In this document: positions 1 to 11,536 of the stretch, piece after piece
Position numbering within the stretch: position 1 is the first letter of the stretch
Layout: each line of letters opens with the position of its first letter
NCBI GenBank assembly: GCA_001661245.1
Contig: KV454013.1
Location: 207,005 to 271,004 of the forward strand
Direction: 5' to 3'
Source of the DNA: Pachysolen tannophilus NRRL Y-2460
Lineage: Eukaryota
Length of the DNA stretch: 64,000 nucleotides
The notes under the pieces: generated by a model
Seen by the model: the letters and a program-made list of their open reading frames with translations, nothing else
The model's database searches: none
What the model was told of the DNA's origin: nothing
Made by a program: the position numbers and the translations under genes

Positions 1-20
1 ACATAACACCGTCAACAACA

Positions 21-976
21 ATGAGTACCGATACTTCTAATAGTAATTCCTCGGTAACACATCAATTGGTGACTAATGATCCGAGTTTTGATTTACAAAA
101 GGCAACATTAGATGCAGCAATATATTATTCTCAAAATAAAAAAAAACTTCTTTAGAAAAAGTTGCAAAATTATTTGGTACAACTGTTAAACGTGTGAGAA
201 ATAGGGTTAAAAAATTGAATGAAAATCCAGAATTTAATCCTACAAATTTTATTGTCACTGCTCCATCAGTACCAAGACCACCACCACACAAATCTTTACA
301 AAGCCCGAATAAAATTAAAAAGGCAAACTCTTTAGGAGCAACAGGAACAGGATCTGGATCTGGAACTGGATCTGGAGGAGTAGGAACAGGAACTAGTGGT
401 AATAAGAATTCCTCACATCTGCACCATCATCACCTTCAACGACTGCTGCAACTGCAAGCACAGCAGCAACTGCTGCTGCTGCTGCTGCTGCAAAATGCCC
501 ACTACCAATTACAAGAGGCCTTGTCGAAACAACAGCAACAGGTGGCCCAATCTGTAGCGACTAATACCCTCGTTGTAGATCCAAATATACATCAGGCAAA
601 CACTACCGATCCACAATTGATTCAATTGAATACAATGGCACAACAACTGCCACCACAACCCCAGCCGCAACTGCTGCCGCTTTTGCATTACCAGCAATCA
701 CCACAACATAGATCTCAAAGACATTCACTTTCTCAACATTTGAATCCATATCAATCACAACAGATTGAACAACAGGTTCTGCTGCTGCAACTGCTGCTGC
801 AACAACAACTGCAACAACAACTGCAACCTCATCACCACAACTTACCTCATCATGGAACTATCATTGACTTTAACAATTTAGAAAACTTAAAACTGCTTGT
901 CAATAATGATAAATTAACAATCGAAGAAATTAAATACGTTATCAATTATTTGATAAATAAGACTTTATGCCAGTAG
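21..976 (+). CDS. Q/A/H-rich protein with N-terminal HTH-like segment; frame broken at A9 run 138-146; may extend 5' of window
   Basis: ATG21 frame stops at TAG 153-155. One extra A in the A-run joins it to the 194..976 frame (AAIYYSQNKK-TSLEKVAKLFGTTVKRVRNRVK). Low-complexity Q/CTG runs follow. Confidence 0.6.
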
Positions 977-1586
977 TTACGGAATTATGGAATTACAAAA
1001 TTACATGCTCATTATATATTTATTTATATATAATTTTGAGTTTGTTAGTTTTTCACAGGATTATTATAAGATGTTGGTTAATTTTTTCTTCTCTTTTTTT
1101 TTTTATTATTATTTTTTGTTCAATTCTTTTATTATATCAAATAAGTATGTTTTTTTTTTTTTTTTTTAAACTTGTATTCTCTTGATTTTTTTTTTGTTTT
1201 TTTTTTTACTTTTTAAATTAACTTGTCGTTATTTTGTCTTATATTTTATAATCTTACTCTTTTATATCTTTTTTTATTGCTCTCACTCAGTATTTGTTTT
1301 ATGCTTTTGTAAATTATAAAAAGCTAATGATTTTTTTTTTTTTTTCAAGAAGAAAAACTGTATACATTTTTTTTTACTTACTACAAATTTTTTGTTAAAT
1401 TTAATATTTTATTAGAACATTTTTTTAAAATTACTATAAAACAAAAATCCTTTTAAAAAATTGTTATTGTTACGTTACTATCCATGTATTTTCATTTCTA
1501 CTTGTCTTAACCCTTTAGTTTGTGTGTGTTTTTTTTTTGTAGCACATTAAGACTTTATTTTTATTTCCAATTCATATTCAACATCT

Positions 1587-4124
1587 CTAAAATTTTTTAT
1601 AATAATATTTCATTCTATCATAAAATTTATCTTGATCAATTTCAAGTTTAACACGAGTTTTCCCTTCCATACCTTCTTTAGATTCATTAGTAACATTTAC
1701 TTCATCTAATTCTAAATCTTTCGTAACTAATTCACTTAAACTATCAAATCCAAAATGATAATGTCTCATTATCGTTAAAAATAATGCATAACCTAATTTA
1801 TAATCTTGTAAAATCAAGAAAATATCAAAAAATTTTATCATTAAATTTAATGGTAAAATCGATAATAAGTTTATAAATGTTAAAGTTTCAAACTCAACTT
1901 GATACAAACTAATATCATCCTTTGAAACACTAAGATATTTCTTTATTGTAGAATTTGATAATACTTTATGTGCTGCAAATAAATCACTATTATCATGATT
2001 AGCAAAACCAATAGTTAAGTGATTAAATATTTTTAATAACACAAAAATTTCTTCATTTGAATATAACTCGGTCAAGATCAACTTGGAAGTTATAAATGGA
2101 TAAATTTGAATTTCTTCATCATTACAAATGGCATCAATTTTTAAGAAAACCATCATTTTTTTATAAAAATTAGAATTTTTATCTTTAAATTGTGGGTAAT
2201 GTATTTCTATTTGTTTAAAAATTTTTTCAATTTCTAATGAATTTTCCATTGAAATATTTTCAATATTTTGTTTAGATGATAATTCTTTAAATCTTGAAAT
2301 AATCAGTGCTAGATCAAATTTAGAATCTAACCTTTTAACTAGTTTAATCATCATTTTAAACTTGATATCATTAGGAATATCTGTGTTAAATAACATCATC
2401 CCACATTCATGTACATGTTTTTTCTTTATATTTTCTCTTAAAAATAAATCTTGAAATCTTGCCTTGTTCAAAGCACAAATTTCCAGATTACGTTTAACTA
2501 ATTCTTTAGATTTTAATTCAAATTCTGCTGCTTTAGCAAATACTTTAGAAATTTCTCGTTCATGTTTATTAACTTCTTTCAAATCTTTTGGTGGCAACCA
2601 TATAGGTCTTGTTGAACATAATCTTTGTAATTTTTCACCTGATAAAAATTTTGCATCATCTAAACCTTGAGTATTTGCTTGTTGAAATTGAAACATTGCA
2701 TGACTATTTGAATTTCTACGATCAAGTTCTTCTTGAAAATAATTTGTAGAACTTGATTCATAATAAGAACTAATTTCTCTTGCAGTTGGTGATAAATTTT
2801 GAAATGAAGGTTGTTTTTGTAATTTTGGAGAAAATGGAGATGAATTTCTAACATTTCCTCCTGAATTTGAAGAAGATGCTGGAATTGAAGGTGGTCTAGT
2901 AAAATAACTACCTGGTAAGGGAGAAGGTGGCATTGAAACTGAATTGCTATTTAACATTGAATTTATTAAATTTGGAGATTGACAAGTTTTTTCATTAGCG
3001 AAAAAATTTGCAGTTCCACCTACTGCCATAGGTACATTCCATACTATTGAATCATTTGGTATTTCATCATCTGAATCATAATCATCATAATTTTTTTCAA
3101 TATCTTTTAAAGTTAATCTTGAAGTTTGTCTTCTTAATCTAAATTTTTGAGTTGGTGTCAAAGTTACTTGACTACCACTTTGAACACTTTGAACTGATAA
3201 TAAAGATGAAGAAGGTGAAGGTGAAGCACGACGATTCAATCCTAATGAGTGATGTTTTCTATTATTACTTAATCTCAAATTAGGTACAGATGACATTTTC
3301 AAAGTTGGTGGTGCTTGTTGTTTAGTTGGTGTAGATAAATCATGTAATTGTAATTGTTCTTTTTTTTGCAAATGTTGTTGTTGTTGCAGCAGTTGTTGCA
3401 GCAGCTGTATTCTATTATTATTATTTTTATCATCATCGGTTATTGTTGCCAACAGTGGTAAGCTTGCGGTAGCTAAACTTGTTTTCCTAACATTAGAGAC
3501 ATTATTTGCAGGAGATGAAAAGGGAGAAGATGTTGAGTTACAACTTGTCATTGAACTGACTCTAGAATTTGGTTCTTCTCCATCTTCATCATCCTCATTA
3601 TGTGATGACAGTTCTTCAGAATTAGAAGATAATGATGAAGTTGTTGAAATTGGTCTATTATTTATAATATTACTTTGACTTTCATTTCCACTTCCATTTC
3701 CACTTCCGTTTACACTTCCATTAGCCTTTGCATTCTTCAAACTAATCAATACTGAATCACTAGGTCTTCGGGAAACGTTGATCCCCAATCCAACAGCGCT
3801 TTTACTAAAATTATTCCCATAAGGTCCAACTTGACCTAACCGCGGTTGTGAAGAAAAAGACAGCGATGGCGGCTGAACCGACATCGATCTTCTTGAAGAA
3901 TATTTCCCATAACTTTTAACTGCACTAGGCGAACCTCCTCGAACCAGATCTATCGAATTATGATGTTGTTGTTGTTGATGCTGATGATGATGATGATGAT
4001 GATGATCTAACTCTTCGGTAAACAAAACATCCGTAAAATCTTCTTCTTTCAAACTCTGAAGCGAAACCTGAGATATATTGAAATTATTCCCGGAATTCGA
4101 TGATGATGATGATGATGATGCCAT
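1587..4124 (-). CDS. SBE2: Sbe2/Sbe22-family Golgi protein
   Basis: 845 aa; TPTQKFRLRRQ, LSPTAREISSYYE and STRPIWLPPKD..E..KHE motifs. Confidence 0.8.
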   Translation of the reverse strand: MASSSSSSSNSGNNFNISQVSLQSLKEEDFTDVLFTEELDHHHHHHHQHQQQQHHNSIDLVRGGSPSAVKSYGKYSSRRSMSVQPPSLSFSSQPRLGQVGPYGNNFSKSAVGLGINVSRRPSDSVLISLKNAKANGSVNGSGNGSGNESQSNIINNRPISTTSSLSSNSEELSSHNEDDEDGEEPNSRVSSMTSCNSTSSPFSSPANNVSNVRKTSLATASLPLLATITDDDKNNNNRIQLLQQLLQQQQHLQKKEQLQLHDLSTPTKQQAPPTLKMSSVPNLRLSNNRKHHSLGLNRRASPSPSSSLLSVQSVQSGSQVTLTPTQKFRLRRQTSRLTLKDIEKNYDDYDSDDEIPNDSIVWNVPMAVGGTANFFANEKTCQSPNLINSMLNSNSVSMPPSPLPGSYFTRPPSIPASSSNSGGNVRNSSPFSPKLQKQPSFQNLSPTAREISSYYESSSTNYFQEELDRRNSNSHAMFQFQQANTQGLDDAKFLSGEKLQRLCSTRPIWLPPKDLKEVNKHEREISKVFAKAAEFELKSKELVKRNLEICALNKARFQDLFLRENIKKKHVHECGMMLFNTDIPNDIKFKMMIKLVKRLDSKFDLALIISRFKELSSKQNIENISMENSLEIEKIFKQIEIHYPQFKDKNSNFYKKMMVFLKIDAICNDEEIQIYPFITSKLILTELYSNEEIFVLLKIFNHLTIGFANHDNSDLFAAHKVLSNSTIKKYLSVSKDDISLYQVEFETLTFINLLSILPLNLMIKFFDIFLILQDYKLGYALFLTIMRHYHFGFDSLSELVTKDLELDEVNVTNESKEGMEGKTRVKLEIDQDKFYDRMKYYYKKF

Positions 4125-4342
4125 TCTTTTAAGCTAATATATGATTTTTAAAAAAAAAAAAATTATTATTATTATTATTAAGCTAGTTGATCTGATCTAA
4201 TGTTTGACATGTATATTTACACCTATGTGTATTCCATACATCAAAACATAAAATTTTAAAAGAATGAAAATTTATTATTAAAAAAAAGCGAATGACTATT
4301 ATTTACACCTTGATTAAAACTCAGCAAAATAATAAATAAACT

Positions 4343-4942
4343 NNNNNNNNNNNNNNNNNNNNNNNNNNNNNNNNNNNNNNNNNNNNNNNNNNNNNNNNNN
4401 NNNNNNNNNNNNNNNNNNNNNNNNNNNNNNNNNNNNNNNNNNNNNNNNNNNNNNNNNNNNNNNNNNNNNNNNNNNNNNNNNNNNNNNNNNNNNNNNNNNN
4501 NNNNNNNNNNNNNNNNNNNNNNNNNNNNNNNNNNNNNNNNNNNNNNNNNNNNNNNNNNNNNNNNNNNNNNNNNNNNNNNNNNNNNNNNNNNNNNNNNNNN
4601 NNNNNNNNNNNNNNNNNNNNNNNNNNNNNNNNNNNNNNNNNNNNNNNNNNNNNNNNNNNNNNNNNNNNNNNNNNNNNNNNNNNNNNNNNNNNNNNNNNNN
4701 NNNNNNNNNNNNNNNNNNNNNNNNNNNNNNNNNNNNNNNNNNNNNNNNNNNNNNNNNNNNNNNNNNNNNNNNNNNNNNNNNNNNNNNNNNNNNNNNNNNN
4801 NNNNNNNNNNNNNNNNNNNNNNNNNNNNNNNNNNNNNNNNNNNNNNNNNNNNNNNNNNNNNNNNNNNNNNNNNNNNNNNNNNNNNNNNNNNNNNNNNNNN
4901 NNNNNNNNNNNNNNNNNNNNNNNNNNNNNNNNNNNNNNNNNN
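4343..4942. other. Assembly gap (N run)
   Basis: ~600 N. Confidence 1.
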
Positions 4943-5070
4943 TTTCTTCCTCTTTTCTTCTCTTTTTGCTAGCTCAGTAGTACAATTTTTGATTCATATC
5001 TCTCTCTTTCTTTCTTTCTTTTTATATATATATTATATAAAATTCATCAATATAATATATAGTATTGAAA

Positions 5071-6234
5071 ATGTCAGTTTCGCCTTCTCAAGAGATGGAT
5101 GATGATGGGAATAAGGGCGGTAAAGCATTCAATTCAATAATTCAATTATCAAAACCGTTTCTTTCAAAAGATGAAGTGGAATATTGTCAAAGACAATCAA
5201 ATATACTTTCAGATGATAAAAATTTATTAATATATCAATCAAAAAAAATAGATATTATATTATTTTTAAGAAAATTAATTAAAATATTAAAATTTCCATC
5301 AAATATATTACAATTAACTTTTTATTATTTTCAAAAATTTTTTTTATTTAATGATTTTAATAAATATAAAAATTATTTATATGAAATTTCAATAACTTCA
5401 TTATATCTTTCAGCAAAATTAGAAGATTATATTAAAAAATTAAGAGATGTTATAAATTTAGGTAATGAAATTTTGAAAACTTCAACTTTAAATGAACAAA
5501 AAATTTTAACAATTGAAAGAAAATTTCTTGAAACTATTTCATTTGATTTTAGATTTTATCATTCAGAAGATTATTTAATTAAATTTTGGAAAAAATTAAA
5601 TTTTGAAATTGAAAATGGAAATTTTGAAATTGAAATTGAAAATAATAATGATAATATTAGTTATACAAGTTGGTTAATAAATAATGATTCTTATTTAACG
5701 AATTTACATTTAAGATATTCAGGAAATTATATAAGTTTAAGTTGTATAAAATTAGCAATATTGATTAAAAAAGAAATTTTATTAACAGAATTAAATCATA
5801 AAAATGAAAAAGGAGAACTTATATATCAAACTGATGAAGAAAGAGCTCCATTAGAAGATAAAATAAATTATATTGAAGATCTTTTAACTACAAAAATTAA
5901 TAAATCATTAGATTTTAAATGTAATTTTGAAATTTTTATTAATCAATCTATTGAAGAATTATTACAATTTTACTTAGATAATTATAATTATTCATATTTA
6001 ATTTCAAAATATAGTAAAATTGAAATAATGGATATCTTGATAAATTTAAAAATTCAAATTACAAGAGAAATTAATAAAAGTAAAAAATTAAAATCTTCAA
6101 ATTATAAATTTGAAAATGATAAATTTTTTAATGCAGATGGTAGAACTTATAATAAAGATGATACAATAAGGTTTGTTTATCAAAAAAAAGATTTTGCTGA
6201 TGAAATAATCAAAATTGATGAAGAAAAAAATTAA
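5071..6234 (+). CDS. CTK2: CTD kinase I cyclin subunit (cyclin K/T-like)
   Basis: Cyclin box SLYLSAKLEDYIKKLRDV, ERKFLETISFDFR; N-terminal LSKPFLS; first ATG 5071. Confidence 0.75.
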   Translation: MSVSPSQEMDDDGNKGGKAFNSIIQLSKPFLSKDEVEYCQRQSNILSDDKNLLIYQSKKIDIILFLRKLIKILKFPSNILQLTFYYFQKFFLFNDFNKYKNYLYEISITSLYLSAKLEDYIKKLRDVINLGNEILKTSTLNEQKILTIERKFLETISFDFRFYHSEDYLIKFWKKLNFEIENGNFEIEIENNNDNISYTSWLINNDSYLTNLHLRYSGNYISLSCIKLAILIKKEILLTELNHKNEKGELIYQTDEERAPLEDKINYIEDLLTTKINKSLDFKCNFEIFINQSIEELLQFYLDNYNYSYLISKYSKIEIMDILINLKIQITREINKSKKLKSSNYKFENDKFFNADGRTYNKDDTIRFVYQKKDFADEIIKIDEEKN

Positions 6235-6270
6235 ATAATATATATATATATATATTATATATATATGAAT

Positions 6271-7299
6271 TTATAATGTATTACTATTTTTCCTAATTAA
6301 TTCTTTTATCAAAGTAGTGGTCTTAATACACCATGGATTATTCTGTCCATTATTATCATCTTTCTCTAATTCATTTAATTCTTCAACTTTCTCTAACATT
6401 TTATTTAAATTTTGTAAATATTCATCTTTGGATAATTTATCATAAAAAAATTTTGAACTTAAAACCCATCTCATATATACCCAAACAGATGAATCTTCTG
6501 CATCAGTGAAAATTGCATTAATCAATAAGTCAATTTCAAGATTTATAAAATTTTTCAAATTTTCAAATAATTTAAAATTATTTATATATTCATCAATAAT
6601 ATTATTATTATTATTGTTTTGAATTTTTTCTTGTTCTAATCTTTGTAATATATTAGTATAATCCAGATTTAATAATTGTTCAAATAATTTAACAACTAAT
6701 TTTGATCTATTATGCCATGCTGAATAATTTGAAATATTTCTATTAATCATCTTAGAAGTATAACTGAGTTCTTTTAAATTAATTAACACTAATGAATATA
6801 AATCATCTTTATCAATTAAACTTTCCATAGAAGATATAATGAATCTTCTATAATGCCAACCATGGAAATTTCTACTATCTAAATCCAACATTTTTGAAAC
6901 AGTCATCAATTCTATATCCCAATTAGAAATTTTTTTATCATAACTTAACATCCAAACTCTATGATTCCATATACAATAACATTTGGGAAATTTCTTCAAT
7001 TGGGTCATTGTAAATAATAGCTCATCAGATATTATTTTTTTCAAATCTTCTAATGACTTATCCTTAAGTACATAATTAATTAAAATATCTCTTCTATAAT
7101 TCCATATTGTATAAAATTCGGGATTTAAATCCAATAACTTGGTAGTTTTATCAAGTGCCATCTGATCAAATACCAATGAATCTTTTAAATCCAAGACATC
7201 ATCTTGTAATGATCTATATGTTTTGATCTTCACCTTATCCTTTTCCAATTTCCTCAATTTAGCATCTTTGCTCAAATGAGTTCTCTTAATTCCATGCAT
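6271..7299 (-). CDS. BET4: Rab geranylgeranyltransferase alpha subunit
   Basis: MHGIKR start; PPTA repeats NPEFYTIWNYRR, RNFHGWHYRR, SNYSAWHNR. Confidence 0.95.
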   Translation of the reverse strand: MHGIKRTHLSKDAKLRKLEKDKVKIKTYRSLQDDVLDLKDSLVFDQMALDKTTKLLDLNPEFYTIWNYRRDILINYVLKDKSLEDLKKIISDELLFTMTQLKKFPKCYCIWNHRVWMLSYDKKISNWDIELMTVSKMLDLDSRNFHGWHYRRFIISSMESLIDKDDLYSLVLINLKELSYTSKMINRNISNYSAWHNRSKLVVKLFEQLLNLDYTNILQRLEQEKIQNNNNNNIIDEYINNFKLFENLKNFINLEIDLLINAIFTDAEDSSVWVYMRWVLSSKFFYDKLSKDEYLQNLNKMLEKVEELNELEKDDNNGQNNPWCIKTTTLIKELIRKNSNTL

Positions 7300-7570
7300 T
7301 GCTATTATCCAGTTTCAAAAAAAAGTGACATAAGACAACTAATATATCACTCTCTGATCATACAAATAAACTCCGTTTACTCATCATCCATCATTTTATA
7401 TATTAAACTGTCGTATAATGGTGATCTTTTATTTGTCTTTTCAAACGACCTTTAATTTTTTCTTTTCTTTTTTTTTGTATATGAAAAAAAGAGAAAAAAT
7501 TTCAACTATTTTCATATACAAATTCAATTAAAAGAGAATAAAAATAAAAGAGAGTAATAGGTGATTGAAG

Positions 7571-8608
7571 ATGGATGTTATAAGTATTATAAGGCCTAAG
7601 GTGACTGGTTATGATGAAGAGGACTCTGATGTAGAGATGTCCGATGTTGAGGTAAATTTAGACAAGGATTCAGGTTTAAAGACAGATGTTGTAACACCAG
7701 GTGAATTAGTTACGGATGATCCAATATGGATGAGAGGACATGGTACTTATTTTTTGAATGAGAAAACTTATAGTGCAGTTGCTGGGAGTATTTTGAAAGT
7801 CAATAGATTGTTGAGTGTTATTCCATTAAGGGGTAGATATCAACCTGAAACAGGTGATCACATCATAGGTAGAATAAAAGAAGTTGGACATAAACGATGG
7901 AAGGTGGATATTGGAGGGAAACAAGATGCAGTATTAATGTTGGGATCTGTCAATTTGCCTGGTGGTGTGCTAAGAAGGAAGTCGGAGAGTGATGAATTAC
8001 AAATGAGAAATTTTTTAAAAGAAGGTGATTTATTGAATGCAGAAGTACAATCTTTATTTCAAGATGGTGCTGCTTCATTACATACTAGATCTTTAAAATA
8101 TGGGAAATTAAGAAACGGATATTTTGTTAAAGTTCCCTCATCATTAATCGTTAGATCTAAAAATCATTCACATCAACTTCCTGGGAATATCAGTATAATT
8201 TTAGGTGTAAATGGTTATATATGGATTTCTAAAAATGTTTCTTCTAATTTTGATTCAACAAATTCCAAGACAAACAAACATGAAGCAAAATTAGTAAATC
8301 ATGGTAAAGAATATAATCCAGGTCAAGGTACATTATCTATTCCAAAATTAGAAGAATCGTCTTGGGAAATTTATAGTGATAAAAATGATCCTGATATTTC
8401 TGAATCAATTAGATCTACAATAGCGAGATACGTTAATTGTATCAAATGTCTTAGCCATTGTGAGATTGGAATTACAGAACAAAGAATTGTTACCGCATAT
8501 GAAGCAAGTATGGCTTATGAAAATGCAGGAAGTTTAATTGATGTTGAAGTCATGGAAAATATCGGAAGTGATGTCATTAATGGTGAAAAAATGAGAGGTA
8601 ATGGCTGA
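7571..8608 (+). CDS. RRP4: Exosome S1/KH subunit Rrp4
   Basis: WMRGHGTY, LGSVNLPGGVLRRKSESDELQMR, ILGVNGYIW. Confidence 0.97.
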   Translation: MDVISIIRPKVTGYDEEDSDVEMSDVEVNLDKDSGLKTDVVTPGELVTDDPIWMRGHGTYFLNEKTYSAVAGSILKVNRLLSVIPLRGRYQPETGDHIIGRIKEVGHKRWKVDIGGKQDAVLMLGSVNLPGGVLRRKSESDELQMRNFLKEGDLLNAEVQSLFQDGAASLHTRSLKYGKLRNGYFVKVPSSLIVRSKNHSHQLPGNISIILGVNGYIWISKNVSSNFDSTNSKTNKHEAKLVNHGKEYNPGQGTLSIPKLEESSWEIYSDKNDPDISESIRSTIARYVNCIKCLSHCEIGITEQRIVTAYEASMAYENAGSLIDVEVMENIGSDVINGEKMRGNG

Positions 8609-8765
8609 TTTATAGATAAATAATAGTATATATCCATTATCGAAAAATAAAATAAGTAGACTTGGTCTTTTTTTTTGAAGGTTACCAGTATCGTTGAATA
8701 TAAACCCTTGAATACAAAAGAAATGTAGCAAGCAAGCAAACAACCAAGCAAAAAAAAAAAAACCT

Positions 8766-8839
8766 TGATTTTGCCCAGGATCGAACTGGGGACGTTCTGC
8801 GTGTTAAGCAGATGCCATAACCAACTAGACCACAAAACC
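8766..8839 (-). tRNA. tRNA-Val(AAC), intronless
   Basis: Minus strand GGTTTTGTGGTCTAGTTGGTTATGGCATCTGCTTAACACGCAGAACGTCCCCAGTTCGATCCTGGGCAAAATCA; A and B boxes; oligo-T Pol III terminator follows. Confidence 0.98.
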
Positions 8840-9139
8840 AGTGTTTTCAGCAATGAAAAATCATAAGGTAACCTTTAGAGAGTATGTATGTGTTCACGTA
8901 TTAACTGTGAAAGATAAGTATATTAAATATTAGATTACCAAGAACCACCACATGTTTAAACACTCATGATAACTAAAAATAAAAAATAAAAAAAATTCCC
9001 CGGGAAGTGAAGTATATTTAAAAGCCATAGTTTACCAATGTATTAAGTATGCATTGGAAAGAAAAAACTATACAAGGACATTCATTGAATCGAAAATACA
9101 GAATATTGAAATGAACTAGTAGAGCTAAAGAAATAAGAA

Positions 9140-9178
<39 letters not shown>

Positions 9179-9226
9179 TTAAAATCCTAAAACTTTGTTA
9201 AGTTATAAACCTTATTGGGAATCCAA

Positions 9227-9883
9227 TTACCAAACAGCGTCATTTCTTCTAAATTTAATTCCTAAATATCTTGCTAATTCATCATAGATATCATCTAATT
9301 GATCTTTTTTAAAATCAGTGACTTTTGGTGGAGTTGCTGAAGCCAATTGTTTTTCTAAATTTAAATTTTCTACTTTACCTTCTAAATAATCATTCATTTG
9401 CTTTTGTTCATCAGCAGATGGTGGTAATAATCCATAAAAATTTCCCAATTCAATTAAATCTTCATCTTTTAAATTTTCAAAATCTTTTAAAGTTTTTGGA
9501 AAAGCTTCTTTTGGTGGTTCTTCACCATCAGTATTTGGTAAAGGTGCAACAATAGAATCTAAGCCTAAATTTGAATTTACTAATCTTCTAATTGTTCTTG
9601 CTTCAAGAAAATCTAATTGACCTTGTAATTCTCCAACTAATTGAACAACATCATCATTGGTAACAAAATCATCAAAATTTTTAGGAATTTGAGTTCCCCT
9701 AACTGATTTTACAGATCCACCATCTAATGAATCAAATTTTTGTTTTGTTTGCTTTACTTGTAAATCTAAAACTTGTTGACCCGTTGTAGTAATAAGTTTT
9801 GATTGCTTCTTAACTATCTCTGTAAGCTCAAGAACTTTGTTAGATAAATCTTCAACTGTAACTTCTTTGGCTGAACCCGACAT
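9227..9883 (-). CDS. MRP8: Mrp8-family protein
   Basis: VKKQSKLI..TGQQVLDLQ, TNDDVVQLVGELQGQL, IRRLVNS, APLPN.DG. Confidence 0.9.
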   Translation of the reverse strand: MSGSAKEVTVEDLSNKVLELTEIVKKQSKLITTTGQQVLDLQVKQTKQKFDSLDGGSVKSVRGTQIPKNFDDFVTNDDVVQLVGELQGQLDFLEARTIRRLVNSNLGLDSIVAPLPNTDGEEPPKEAFPKTLKDFENLKDEDLIELGNFYGLLPPSADEQKQMNDYLEGKVENLNLEKQLASATPPKVTDFKKDQLDDIYDELARYLGIKFRRNDAVW

Positions 9884-10625
9884 TTTTTTTTTTTTTTTTT
9901 ATCTAACAAAAAATTAAAAATATTCTTGATTTAATATTTTACCTTAAATGCTTTTCCTAAATTCACACCTAGTTTAACAAATAATCTTCTAAAATTATTT
10001 AACAACAGAATTGCTGCTAACATCTAATGCTACGTTTATCTTTGTGTGCACCTGCGGTCAGCAAGCAGGCGAAGATGATAGGAAAAAACATGGATTTTTA
10101 ACACGACATTTTTTACCCCTTTCCAAAGAGCAATTGTGTTTTCCATTTTTTTGTCTTCCTGTGCCTAGCTGGCCCTTTAGAAAAAACCCCCATTTGTGGG
10201 CCGCCGCCCACTGAGTAAATAATAATATAATAAATAATAAGATAAGGTATAATTGAACAATAAGCCATTTTAGCTAAGTTGCTCTTTATATCTTAGTATG
10301 AGTTTCCAATACACCTATATATATTAAATCTTGCTTTTTATGTATTTATTATGCTTTTACGGGAAAAAAAAAGTGTAGCCTTCCTGATATATACGATTAA
10401 TACATACATACATACATACATAAGGATTCTCGACTGCAAATAAATGTTTGTCATTAACTTGACATCAAATTTTTTCTTTAATAATGAGTATGACTGGAAT
10501 AATATGCAATTCATATGAGATTTGAAATATATATATAAGGATTTAGATTTTTAAATGGAAAGGTGCCAACGTCAAAAAAAAAAAAAAAAAAAAAAATATC
10601 ATCAAATGAATATTACATAGAAAGT

Positions 10626-11094
10626 ATGGCTGTAGAAAAAAAAGAAAAGTAAGTCATTTCAAAAGAAAATTAAATAATTATGAATCAAGAACATCAAGAA
10701 ATTTACTGACTGTTATCTTGTTAGGATTAAAATTGTTGCTACTGATTTTGATACTAATCCCAAGATGAAAATATTACCACTGAATAAAGACGATACGACA
10801 ACTGGAAATTCAAAAATTTGCTTTGATGACGTCATAGATGATTTGGAGCAGTTATCATTTTCAAATCAAAAACCTTTTGAAAATAGTGAAAAACAGATTG
10901 CAAATCAGTATATAATAAATGATTCTGAAAAACAAGAAAAGAAAGGCAATGCAATGGAGAAGATAAAGACGCTAGTGGAAAATTTTACTAGAAAAAGAAA
11001 AATTTTAAATCAAGTTGATATTCTGGTAACTGATGATGAAGGAAAAGAATGGTACCAATTTCTGGAAGAAGGTGTAGTTAAGAAAGAACATTAG
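10626..11094 (+). CDS. Hypothetical ~130-aa protein; exons 10626-10648 and 10725-11094
   Basis: ATG10626, GTAAGT donor 10649, TACTGAC branch, TAG acceptor ending 10724; splices in frame onto ORF 10765..11094. Confidence 0.65.
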
Positions 11095-11536
11095 AGGAGG
11101 TGAGTATAATCCTTATGTAGATTTTAATTAAATCATTAAATAATATAAAAAAAGAAATCTTTCAAGTAGTTAGCTAGAACTAGCAAGAGAGCTGGCTCTA
11201 GCTATAATCATAATGTCCTACTTTTTCTCTTCTTCTCTTTCCCCTTTAGGAACATGAGCCGCATCAATATAACATGCATCACTTACAGACTTTAATACAA
11301 TTCAAGATGAGGACATAATTATCAGAACAAAAATTTTGTGAAAGAAATAATTGAACTCATCGCTTCAATTTCCTAATCTTTTAGATGGAATTCTTGATTA
11401 GCCATTAAAATTGAGAAATATTTTTTATTCTGCTTGTATTTAATTATTGTATAAAATGTAGGAATAAACACACTTTTTGATACTTATGTGATTTAAACTA
11501 TATATGTTTTACGGATAGATCTTCGAACCATAAATA

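Noticed and set aside
967..1185. Phe/Ile-rich short ORFs (also 45695-45985, 57390-57647, 22398-22637)
   Set aside because: Poly-T/AT intergenic sequence mimicking hydrophobic peptides; mostly non-ATG starts.
8515..8853. 112-aa minus ORF
   Set aside because: Spans the tRNA-Val and the antisense end of RRP4.
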